Shown one piece after another: positions 28,730 to 37,624 of a DNA stretch of 64,000 bases. The DNA is from Candidatus Woesebacteria bacterium (GTDB lineage: Bacteria; Patescibacteriota; Microgenomatia; Woykebacterales; 2-01-FULL-43-14). The position numbers and the translations under genes were made by a program. The stretch is taken from NCBI GenBank assembly GCA_020060105.1, contig JAGVAV010000023.1, positions 14,905-78,904 of the forward strand, written 5' to 3'. A model generated the notes under the pieces. That model saw nothing but the letters and a program-made list of their open reading frames with translations, was not told where the DNA came from and searched no databases. The first letter of the stretch is position 1. The number at the start of each line of letters is the position of its first letter.

Positions 28730-29689
28730 CTAGTTCCTAGACCGGCGGAGACCGACAGCCGAACCCCATTTCCCGTCCGAATCGTCAACCCAGGCGACGT
28801 TGAACTCGAGCCCGCCGTCGAAGCAGAAGAGCAGGCAGTACTCGTCGAACTGGGACTCGCCGCCAGGATCATACTCGTCTCCAGGGAAATCGATGTGCAA
28901 AAGGTCGTTATTGCCGAGACGGGTGTGGTCGATCAGTAGGATACTACCGCCAACAATGGCCGGCCAAGCCCACCGATCTCTGTTCACGTACATCGTATCT
29001 TCTCGACAACATCTCGGACTCCAGCCCCCACACTCTTTTCCGAAGGAGCCGAGTTCGAGAATGTAGTCCCCTTTGGTTTGAGAATCAACCCATTCCAAGT
29101 ATTGTCGGGTGGGCGACCAGAGTCGAACGTGCTTTTCGGTAAGAGCGTCCTTTCGGTAGTTGTAGAACCTCCCATCGTAGGCTTTGACCAGACGGTCTTT
29201 GATTAGCCATTCCAGGCAAGGGCCATAGCCTTTGCCGTAAGGGTCTTTGGCCCCGACGATCTTTCCCACCAAATCCAGTCGAGGTCGCCAGTACACCCGC
29301 TGATCACACCAGGGGGGAATCACCAGACCGCTTTCCGGCTCCACGATGCAAGAAGCATCCAGCTCCGGAATGGCTTTCTGGAATCCTTCCGCCCATCGCT
29401 GTGCGGTTAAAACCGGCCAGGGATTAGGGTAAGACCGCGTTGGCGTGACCTTTTCATTGGCGTACTTGTTGCTCAAACTTTCGAAGGTTAGTGCTCCTGA
29501 TGAAAGAATCTGTTCGATCTGCCGAGCTTCGGTGGAGTCGTGGGGCAATCGGACCAGTTGTGCGATCCGTTCGTTGTACCATTTCGGGTCCTGATGATAG
29601 CCGTCTCCTCCCAACTCTTTGGGAAGCCGGTCTCCCAGTGCTTTGATCATCTCCCAGATTTGCCCGGGAGTCGCCTGTGTTTTTCCCAC
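28730..29689 (-). CDS. Hypothetical protein, candidate DGR target (variable-region-like C-terminus)
   Basis: C-terminus PGDEYDPGGESQFDEYCLLFCFDGGLEFNVAWVDDSDGKWGSAVG encoded by dense NNC codons. Confidence 0.55.
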   Translation of the reverse strand: MGKTQATPGQIWEMIKALGDRLPKELGGDGYHQDPKWYNERIAQLVRLPHDSTEARQIEQILSSGALTFESLSNKYANEKVTPTRSYPNPWPVLTAQRWAEGFQKAIPELDASCIVEPESGLVIPPWCDQRVYWRPRLDLVGKIVGAKDPYGKGYGPCLEWLIKDRLVKAYDGRFYNYRKDALTEKHVRLWSPTRQYLEWVDSQTKGDYILELGSFGKECGGWSPRCCREDTMYVNRDRWAWPAIVGGSILLIDHTRLGNNDLLHIDFPGDEYDPGGESQFDEYCLLFCFDGGLEFNVAWVDDSDGKWGSAVGLRRSRN

Positions 29690-29870
29690 AGTAACCTCTC
29701 CTTAATTTTTTACTTCTGCTATAAAGCAGAGCAATTACTATATATACCAAATACCAAAAATTGGCTTGAATGTCAACTATAGATCGCCTCTGGATCGGGA
29801 AGCTAGGGAGAGAATCGCAATGCGGCAGCCAAGTAGAGCCCCCATAGCCCGACCGAAATGTCTAAATAGT

Positions 29871-29900
29871 TAACCTATCACACCCGGAGGGTGTGAAACC
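29871..29900 (+). repeat. Repeat A copy 6 (one substitution)
   Basis: TAACCTATCACACCCGGAGGGTGTGAAACC. Confidence 0.9.
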
Positions 29901-30059
29901 GTATATATCTTTCTGGTCTGCACCCTCATCTTTATCCTTGTCAAATTCCAACTCGGCCGACGCCTAAAGCGGAAACCTTCAACTATAACTGCCTAGTTTT
30001 GCTAACCGATTTCACGGTAGATTGTTGCTTCGTTTAAAACCGCTTTCTAAACTTAAGGT

Positions 30060-31580
30060 ATGAGCGGGGAAAACTTACCGGGAAAGCACGTCTCTTTTTG
30101 GATTGCCTCCACCCCTAAAACAGACTTTCCGCGATTGAAAGCTGGCCTAGAGGTTGACGTCGCGGTTATCGGGGGAGGAATTGCCGGATTAGCCACCGCC
30201 TATTTTCTAAAAGAAGCGGGAAAGAAAGTCGCGGTTCTGGAGTCAAGAAGGATTCTTGAAGGAGTGACCGGTCACACCACGGCCAAGATCACCTCTCTGC
30301 ACACTCTGATATATCAAAATCTAGTTGATCTTTTTGGAAAAGAAAAAGCGAAACTGTTTGGCGAATCCCAACAAACGGCAATTGATAAAATCGAAGAAAT
30401 CTCACGAAAAAACAACATTTCTTGCGATTTTAAAAGAGCTGCCGCCTACACCTATACTCAAACCGCCGAAAAAGTTAACAAAATCAAAGGCGAGGCCGAA
30501 ACAGCCAAAAACCTAGGCCTACCCGCTTCTTTTGTGGAAACCTCTCCGCTTCCTTATCCAATCAAAGGAGCGGTACGTTTTGATAATCAAGCCCACTTTC
30601 ACCCTCGAAAATTTCTCCTTGGCCTCGCAAACTTGATCCAGAGTGGGGGAGGTAAAATTTTTGAACAGACTAAAGTCACCGAGGTCAAAGAAGGCGAGCC
30701 TTGCCTTGTGGTCACTGAAAGAGGGGAAATCAGGGCTAAAGACGTTGTCGTGGCTACCCATTACCCAATTTTTAACGAAGGGGGCTACTTTACCCGGCTT
30801 AATCCTCTTCGTTCTTATGTTCTTGGCGTTTATATCAACGGCCCCGTCCCTGAAGGAATGTTTATCAATACCGAGACGCCGCTTTTCTCCGTGCGCTCTC
30901 AACCCACCGAAAAAGGCCAAATGCTTATCATCACCGGTCAGGAACACAAAACGGGGCAGGAGAATAACACGATCGGTTGCTATGAAGAAACGGAAAAATT
31001 AACTAGAGATCGTTTTTCGGTCTCCTCCATTGCTTACCGGTGGTCGACTCAAGATAACTACACTATCGACGGTGTACCTTATATCGGCAAATACACCCCA
31101 GGTTCGCAACACCTTTATGTCGCCACGGGCTTCAATGGTTGGGGAATGGCTAGCGGAATTGTTTCCGCAGTCCTGCTGACAGATCTAATCTTGGGAAAGG
31201 AAACTCCTTGGGCCTCGGTTTATGATCCCGTAAGATTAGAACAAGTTAAGGGAGTCAAAAATTTTCTTCTCACGAATGTCGACGTTGCCCAAAAATTTAT
31301 TTCCAGTTACTTGTCCGGACAAGGAAAAGAAGTGGTTCCGAAGATGAAGAACGGCGAAGCTAAAGTGATTAAGGTAAACGGCCAGAAATTGGCCGTTTAC
31401 AAAGACGAGGAGGGAAAAATTCACGTTCTCTCCGCCAAGTGTACTCACTTAGGCTGTCTTGTTAACTGGAACAAGGCGGAAAAGTCCTGGGATTGCCCCT
31501 GCCACGGTTCCCGTTTTAGCCCTGAAGGCGAGATTCTCCACGACCCAGCCATTTATCCTCTCCCGAAAAAAGAGGTCTGA
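30060..31580 (+). CDS. FAD-dependent oxidoreductase with Rieske domain (YhfW-like)
   Basis: GGGIAG; TGHTTAK; CTHLGC..WDCPCHGSRF. Confidence 0.9.
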   Translation: MSGENLPGKHVSFWIASTPKTDFPRLKAGLEVDVAVIGGGIAGLATAYFLKEAGKKVAVLESRRILEGVTGHTTAKITSLHTLIYQNLVDLFGKEKAKLFGESQQTAIDKIEEISRKNNISCDFKRAAAYTYTQTAEKVNKIKGEAETAKNLGLPASFVETSPLPYPIKGAVRFDNQAHFHPRKFLLGLANLIQSGGGKIFEQTKVTEVKEGEPCLVVTERGEIRAKDVVVATHYPIFNEGGYFTRLNPLRSYVLGVYINGPVPEGMFINTETPLFSVRSQPTEKGQMLIITGQEHKTGQENNTIGCYEETEKLTRDRFSVSSIAYRWSTQDNYTIDGVPYIGKYTPGSQHLYVATGFNGWGMASGIVSAVLLTDLILGKETPWASVYDPVRLEQVKGVKNFLLTNVDVAQKFISSYLSGQGKEVVPKMKNGEAKVIKVNGQKLAVYKDEEGKIHVLSAKCTHLGCLVNWNKAEKSWDCPCHGSRFSPEGEILHDPAIYPLPKKEV

Positions 31581-31778
31581 GTCGTCCTTTTTGGCAAAAA
31601 GTCTCCCTCTTCAACCAAGGTGTCAACACAAATACATCTCCAAGGTGTACAACGGTCTTTTATTTTCCTCCTTTTACCACTACCAATCCTATAGTATTGA
31701 CTTTTAAGCTAGCTTTTAGTATAATTCACCTCAGATCCTATCGCTCATTAAAAAATTACTTAGAGGAGGGAGAATCTC

Positions 31779-32849
31779 ATGGGAAGACTTGCCGTAGTAA
31801 TAGCTGGTGCCGCGATCGTGGCGACTCTTTTAATTTTGACAGGTCGGAACCTAACCCCAAATGCCTTAGAGGCAGAAACGCCGACTCCAATCGTTGTCTC
31901 CGGAAAACCCACGATTCCTTATCCCACCGAGGAGGTAACCCAACGCATCATGTTGCCACCTCTGGTAATGGGGGAAACCAATCCGAAAGTAACGCCAAAC
32001 CCTTTCGTTACCCCTACCCCCCAACCACGGAAGAAACTCGTTCAACCCGTGTTCTCTTTAAAGTCAACGGACGGGAAAGAGGCGGTCTCCTTCACCTCGC
32101 TTGAGGGAATCCAAGGCGAGTACCGGCCTTGGTACTATGACGAAGCCAATGGTGCGGAGATCAAAATCATCTTAGACAAACCCGCTTACGAAATCATCGT
32201 CTTGGAAGAATCAAGCGTGGGGGAGACCTTCAAGATTCTTAGTTCTTGGCGTGATCAACCCAACGGCTGGTCGGTCTTCGATGACTTTAACGGTAACGTC
32301 TACTACTTCAACCGGGACCGGTGGGTTTGGGTCTTCCCAAAAAAGGGTACTCCGCTGGAGGTCCTTAACCAAGGGCGGAAAGAGAAGGAAAAAGTCGGCC
32401 AGCTGATCTACGGCCCATGGCTGCTCGGATCGTACTCTTCTCAAGAGATGGCCCTTATCCTGGCCGAAAATCTCACCCTTCAAGTCCAGCAGGAACTCTC
32501 CTCGATTCAAGCGTTTGAACAGTTTGTCAGCGAGCAAAACACAGTGGGGCTGCTGATGGGGGAGACCGACGCCAAGCGCTTCGCCTACTACAATGGCCAA
32601 CCGCTGGCCAAGGTTGAGGGGAAGTACTTCGGCTGGTCGCTGCCAAACAAGTACGGCCAGCTGAAAGGCGAGTCGCAATACACTCACCTATCTTTGGCCT
32701 ACAACGCCGGGATCGGTTACGACACGCCCATCCGTTGGGGTGGGGTCGTCTTCGTGAACATCCAAAGCGATCAGAAGCTCTTCCCGCACGGCACTTTGTT
32801 CAAGAACGGCAAGCCGAGCGAGAAATGGGAGGAAGCGAAAGGAGAGTAA
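31779..32849 (+). CDS. Orphan membrane-anchored/secreted protein with Pro/Thr-rich linker
   Basis: TTGACT-16-TATAAT promoter, SD GGAGG, N-terminal TM, terminator at 32863-32900. Confidence 0.7.
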   Translation: MGRLAVVIAGAAIVATLLILTGRNLTPNALEAETPTPIVVSGKPTIPYPTEEVTQRIMLPPLVMGETNPKVTPNPFVTPTPQPRKKLVQPVFSLKSTDGKEAVSFTSLEGIQGEYRPWYYDEANGAEIKIILDKPAYEIIVLEESSVGETFKILSSWRDQPNGWSVFDDFNGNVYYFNRDRWVWVFPKKGTPLEVLNQGRKEKEKVGQLIYGPWLLGSYSSQEMALILAENLTLQVQQELSSIQAFEQFVSEQNTVGLLMGETDAKRFAYYNGQPLAKVEGKYFGWSLPNKYGQLKGESQYTHLSLAYNAGIGYDTPIRWGGVVFVNIQSDQKLFPHGTLFKNGKPSEKWEEAKGE

Positions 32850-33060
32850 GCGCAAAACAGGCAAAGGCTGTTGGAAAGTATTTTTCCGGCAGCCTTTTTT
32901 ATTTAAGCAAACAAATGCTTTTAAAGATATAAATAATAGAAAAATAAATAAAATAGATAATTTTTTTGATTATTTTTGAGGATTTTTATCTTGAAGCTAA
33001 GAGGAGAAAAAGTAAACCGGAACCTTTTAGCGATTTTCCACCGCAAGGTTCCGGTTCTAA

Positions 33061-33657
33061 TCAGATTAGACTTACCGACTTCCGATCCCACTGGCGCCGA
33101 ACTTCCCGAATCCGCAAAACAGCCACCCCAACGTTCAAAACCGTTACCGACCAAATCGTTAAGACCAGGGGAAACCATTGATCGGCAAACATCAGAACCA
33201 CTAGGAGAGCGATCCTGAAGGGCCGACCAAGCACCAGACCTGACGAAAAGTTACCAAAGCCTTGTTCCACGCCGGCCGACTTCGTGTAAGTTGCCAGTAA
33301 CCCGGTAACCAGAGCTAACCAAACCGAGTTTTCCGGGACGACCCAGAAAATGGAGACAAAAAAGATAATCTCGGCGAGTCGATCTCCCACCGTGTCCAGA
33401 TAAGCCCCATAGGCCGTCGACCTCCCAGTCGCTTTGGCCACCGCGCCATCCGCCATGTCAAAAAGCGTCGCGAAAAGAACGGCGAAAGCGCCCCAAACCA
33501 CCCCAAAGACCACCACCACCCAGCCGGCGAAAAGGCAAACGATCAGACCAAACAAAGTCAGCTGGTTGGGAGTTACCCCCGTCTTCGCCAGCTGTCTTCC
33601 CAGCCACGTGTTAAATCGGCCGCGGAACCAGCTGTTGACCCTTCTTTCTGAAAACAC
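33061..33657 (-). CDS. CDP-alcohol phosphatidyltransferase
   Basis: TPNQLT; DMADGAVAK..GAYLDTVGDR signature. Confidence 0.9.
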   Translation of the reverse strand: MFSERRVNSWFRGRFNTWLGRQLAKTGVTPNQLTLFGLIVCLFAGWVVVVFGVVWGAFAVLFATLFDMADGAVAKATGRSTAYGAYLDTVGDRLAEIIFFVSIFWVVPENSVWLALVTGLLATYTKSAGVEQGFGNFSSGLVLGRPFRIALLVVLMFADQWFPLVLTIWSVTVLNVGVAVLRIREVRRQWDRKSVSLI

Positions 33658-33660
33658 TTT

Positions 33661-34380
33661 TCACCCTCCTAGGTTTAATTGGAGAAGGTAAACGAAGATA
33701 AATGAGAGCACGTGGCTGTCTACCCGATCAAAGCAACCGCCGTGCCCCGGGAGCAGATTGCTCATGTCTTTCGTCCCCAGATACCGCTTAAAAGCGGACT
33801 CGAAAAGATCGCCAAAAAAAGCGGCCAGGCCAAGCAAAACCCCCAGGAACAGAGAAAACCAAACTCCTTGGGAAAGATGTTGGGTGCCAATATAGAGGGC
33901 CCAGGGCACCGAGCCGAGAAATCCCCCTAGAGTCCCTTCCCAGGATTTTTTTGGGCTTGACCGAAGAAGCGCAAACCTAGAGTCGGCGAATTTCCGCCGA
34001 CCAAAACTTCGGCCGATGAAAAAGGCCAAGGTGTCGTAAAGAACTACCGCGACAATCGACAGGAGCAACCATTTTCCCATCGAGACAAACCAGGGTGAAA
34101 AGCTAAAGGTTATCTGCTCCGACCAACGCAACTTCGGCAGAGCAATTGAAAGCGAAACCGAAGTGTAAACCGCGAAAAACAAGGCCAGGATGGTTGTCAA
34201 AGTGCCCTCTTTTGTCCTGATCCCAACTTTCCGGATCTTCTCCCTCGCTTTGAGGGTAATCTCGATCAAAATGATTAAGTTCAAGACCGCGGCACCGACC
34301 TGAAAACCCCTCTCGCTAAGGAAAAAGCTCGCCACGACTAGAACGGTAAGAACAAGACTAGTGATCACTCTAACTTTCAT
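33661..34380 (-). CDS. cdsA: Phosphatidate cytidylyltransferase
   Basis: SPKKSWEG; GDLFESAFKR..KDMSNLLPGHGGCFDRVDS. Confidence 0.9.
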   Translation of the reverse strand: MKVRVITSLVLTVLVVASFFLSERGFQVGAAVLNLIILIEITLKAREKIRKVGIRTKEGTLTTILALFFAVYTSVSLSIALPKLRWSEQITFSFSPWFVSMGKWLLLSIVAVVLYDTLAFFIGRSFGRRKFADSRFALLRSSPKKSWEGTLGGFLGSVPWALYIGTQHLSQGVWFSLFLGVLLGLAAFFGDLFESAFKRYLGTKDMSNLLPGHGGCFDRVDSHVLSFIFVYLLQLNLGG

Positions 34381-34449
34381 GGCCCTCTCCTTTCACCTTT
34401 ATGGCTAATCATGTTACAACCAACCGCCGCGTTTGTCAAAAACCCCTAA

Positions 34450-34486
34450 GAAAAAAGGCAGGAACGAATTTCTTCAGTTCCTGCCT
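34450..34486 (-). terminator. Intrinsic terminator
   Basis: AGGCAGGAAC..GTTCCTGCCT with an A-run on the + side. Confidence 0.7.
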
Positions 34487-34521
34487 AAGTTAGTCAGAAA
34501 ACCGCCGTCGACACCAAGTCT

Positions 34522-35016
34522 CTAGTGGCAGCTAAAACCTCGAATCTTTGAATCCGGCCCTTGGATAAGCGTTACGTTAGCTTTCTGGCATAAGGACCGA
34601 ACGTCTTTATCCCGAACCGAACCGCTCGAAGCTAGGATTACCTTAATCCCTTTTTCAATAAGCGCCCCCGGCCCATCCGTCTCCGGAAAGTAACTGTCGC
34701 TGTAGGCTACCGCCCCGTAAGTACTAAGACCGGAAGAAGCGGCCCAGCCAATCACATCTTCAAGATCCTGATAGTAATTAGTCAGAGTAGCATCCTCATA
34801 CTTTCCGTCACTTTCGCCAATCGTGTTGGTTGTGTCAAAACGAACGATCGTAAAGCCTCTTTCGAAGAAAGCCTCCGCCACGGTAATAACATGCGGCTGC
34901 TCTTTAAAACCGCTTAAACCGTGCATCACAAAAGCCAAACCTTTCTGCTGGGAGTTTAATTCAACGATAACCGCAATTCTTTGCTTCTTTCGATTTTTGA
35001 TAAAAAGCTTTTCCAT
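34522..35016 (-). pseudogene. Chimeric ORF: alpha/beta hydrolase N-terminus fused to PurH (AICAR transformylase) C-terminus
   Basis: MHGLSGFK..RFD..GESDG, then GAVAYSDSYFP..DG..GI..SGSVRD..RGFSCH. Confidence 0.65.
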
Positions 35017-35328
35017 TTTCACACCCTCGTTTTCTCCTTTTCAGTTTCATTATACTACTTTTTTTCTTCCCCGAAACTATCTTGCCACTTGAGAAAGCCA
35101 CATCTAGCAGGGGGCAAACACTATCCTATAGCTTTAGCTCCAACCCCAAATGTCAACTCCTTCCATAAATTAAGAGTAAGTCGCATTTCGTTACGCCTCA
35201 CCCTTTTATTTAGATTAACTTAAGGCTTATTTGAAGAAAAATTTTAGTATCGCGAAATCATAGCTGCGGTTGACAGATTATGTATATAGTGATAGAATAC
35301 AGGATAACTATTTCAAGGGGGAGAATGA

Positions 35329-35961
35329 ATGGCCACAAACGGACAAACCCAAGCTGTTGACCACCAGCACGGCGTCGAGGAGTGGCAAAAGGCTTCTGAG
35401 GAATCGGCCAGAACGGCGGTCGCCCAAAGGGAGACCGCTAATGCCCAACTAGCGGCAGCTATTGCTTGGGAAAAGGCCGCCAATGCCCAGCGCGCGTACT
35501 ATCAAAAGCTGTCGGCTCAGCCAACAGATCACTCAACTGGGCATCACCACCATCGGTGGGAACCAGTACTACTGTTGGCGGCGTTTGTAGCGGTCGCTAT
35601 TATGGCGGTGATGGTGTTCAACATTCTAACCGCACCAGCACCGCAAGGGACCGAAGATCCGATCCTGAAGGACTTAAATGAGATCGTCGCGATGGCACCC
35701 AACGACATCAGCTTTCTGGAGCTTTCGCGAGTGGATCAGATCCGTCCGAACGGGGCCCATGAGATCTTTATCACATACAACCCCGATGAAACGGCTCGTG
35801 CCCTAAACCGGACGGGAAAGACCTTCGTCTTCAAGGCACCTGAAGGCTGGGAGATCGAAACGGAGACAGTCTTCGGGACGAGGACGTACAGTCCGGGAGA
35901 ATTCGGTGAGATAGAGATCAAGCCGAACGCTTTCCGAGCCTATCGACTGCCGCGTCAATAG
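35329..35961 (+). CDS. Orphan single-TM protein
   Basis: TTGACA-17-TAGAAT promoter, G-rich SD, terminator at 35977-36019. Confidence 0.7.
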   Translation: MATNGQTQAVDHQHGVEEWQKASEESARTAVAQRETANAQLAAAIAWEKAANAQRAYYQKLSAQPTDHSTGHHHHRWEPVLLLAAFVAVAIMAVMVFNILTAPAPQGTEDPILKDLNEIVAMAPNDISFLELSRVDQIRPNGAHEIFITYNPDETARALNRTGKTFVFKAPEGWEIETETVFGTRTYSPGEFGEIEIKPNAFRAYRLPRQ

Positions 35962-35976
35962 CCCGTAACCTGCGCC

Positions 35977-36019
35977 AAAACCGCCAAAGCTTTTGTCAAG
36001 CTGCGGCGGTTTTTCTTTG
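35977..36019 (+). terminator. Intrinsic terminator
   Basis: AAAACCGCC..GGCGGTTTTTCTTTG. Confidence 0.7.
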
Positions 36020-36145
36020 TAAGCCCTTTCTCGGATAAAACTCTGTATGTAAGTAGCAAGCCTAGTTTAAGATCATAAATCAACGGCCCTGAAATACCTT
36101 TATCGCTTCTTGACGGAAAGTTACTCTAATGCTAGGATTAATTTT

Positions 36146-36538
36146 ATGAAAGGCTACGCCGCTAACATTGAAAAGGAAACAAAAGACAATACTGATTACC
36201 GACGGGTCGTCTATACCGGCCGTTACACTCAACTAGTCCTGATGAATCTAAAGCCAGGCGAAGAGATCAGTAACGAAATCCATGGTCTTGATCAATTTAT
36301 TCGCCTGGAAGAAGGAAAAGCCAAAGTCGTTTTAAACAACGGGGAAACGGAATATGATCTTGAGCAGGATTGGGCAATCATCATCCCGGCCGGAACGTGG
36401 CACAAAGTTACTAACACCGGAAACACAAACCTCAAACTCTATACCCTTTACTCTCCGCCGGAGCATCGCGAATCCACCCGGCAGCCCACAAAAGCAGATG
36501 AAAAAGAGGAACACTTTGACGGAATAACTACCGAATAG
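36146..36538 (+). CDS. Cupin domain protein
   Basis: EIH..DQFIRLEEG; IPAGTWH.V.N; LYTLYSPPEH. Confidence 0.9.
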   Translation: MKGYAANIEKETKDNTDYRRVVYTGRYTQLVLMNLKPGEEISNEIHGLDQFIRLEEGKAKVVLNNGETEYDLEQDWAIIIPAGTWHKVTNTGNTNLKLYTLYSPPEHRESTRQPTKADEKEEHFDGITTE

Positions 36539-36570
36539 GTAGAATAAAGAGGCCTTCGATATTCAAGCAT

Positions 36571-37230
36571 TTATTTAATCTTCGTTGCTTTAACTAAGTA
36601 CTGTTCAATGAAAAAACGGGCTAATAAACCAAAGAGGTATTTATTGAGCTTTGTTTGTCTTTGGCTGTCGAAAGCGATGTTAACCTTCGTTTCCACCGCC
36701 TTAAATCCCAAGTTTGCTAGCATTTTTTCGACGCTTTTTCTGGTAAAAAATCTCAGGTGACCTCGATCCAGCACCCCAGCCTCCTTATAATCGAAATCCC
36801 CCCTAAGAAAAACCTCCCGAAAGATTCGCCAGTTCCGAACATTGGGAATACTGACTATTAAGTTTCCGTTTCTTTTTAGACAGGGAGAAATTCTTTGGAG
36901 AAACTGCCAAGGATCAATCATATGTTCTAAAACATCGGCCAAGATAATGTAGTCAAAATGGTCTTCGTAAGGCAAGGCAATTTTTTCAACGTTACCGGTG
37001 AAAACCTTATCCAAATGCCTCTTGGCTTCTTGAGCGGAACCTTCGTGAATCTCCGCTCCGACAATTTCGGAAGCGACGCCTCGTCTCTTTAACTCCCTCA
37101 AGGTCGCTCCCGTTCCACAACCAATCTCTAAAACCGCCTTATCGCTCCCCTCAAAGAAGGGTAATAGCTCCGTCCTGACCCCTGAAAAATAAGCATAATT
37201 TTTAGTTTCGTAAAAATTCTTGATCAACAA
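36571..37230 (-). CDS. Class I SAM-dependent methyltransferase
   Basis: LEIGCGTG; DVLEH..DP; SIPN; HLRFFT. Confidence 0.85.
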   Translation of the reverse strand: MLIKNFYETKNYAYFSGVRTELLPFFEGSDKAVLEIGCGTGATLRELKRRGVASEIVGAEIHEGSAQEAKRHLDKVFTGNVEKIALPYEDHFDYIILADVLEHMIDPWQFLQRISPCLKRNGNLIVSIPNVRNWRIFREVFLRGDFDYKEAGVLDRGHLRFFTRKSVEKMLANLGFKAVETKVNIAFDSQRQTKLNKYLFGLLARFFIEQYLVKATKIK

Positions 37231-37480
37231 TACTTCTCCTGATCACAACTTTATCTTGAGCATTAGAGGGTAAAACCCCAGAACCTCACCACAATTTATT
37301 CTAACAGGTTTCTGATAAAACGCTAGACTGATCTTGCGCGATAACTCTTTCAAGAGCCGCTCCTACCAAGTTAACTTCCTACGATCCTGGCAAAAGCCTC
37401 CCTGTCCTTTTCAAATTCTGTTTGAAAATATCGCTCCGAATTTAACCAGAATAATTCGGGGGAAGATATTCCCTCAATGC

Positions 37481-37549
37481 TTGTCCTCGACCCAATCAGG
37501 GAGAAGGAGTTTAGGAACGTCTGGATCCCCGATCAAGTCGGGGATGACA
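37481..37549. repeat. REP-like palindromic element
   Basis: GGATCCCCGATCAAGTCGGGGATGAC hairpin. Confidence 0.65.
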
Positions 37550-37624
37550 GTTTGTGTTGACAAATCAGAAAAAAGAGCGTTTAATCTAGTCAGAAGTCAA
37601 GCCGACGTTACTACATTAATATTT

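Noticed and set aside
28579-29782. Overlapping alternate ORFs around the 319-aa gene, and similar antisense ORFs throughout the window
   Set aside because: They are shadow ORFs without motifs or SD sites, opposite or out of frame to well-supported genes.
37334-37624. N-terminal extension of ORF 37334-38077
   Set aside because: It reads through a REP-like element; the likely start is ATG 37625 before the TM segment.
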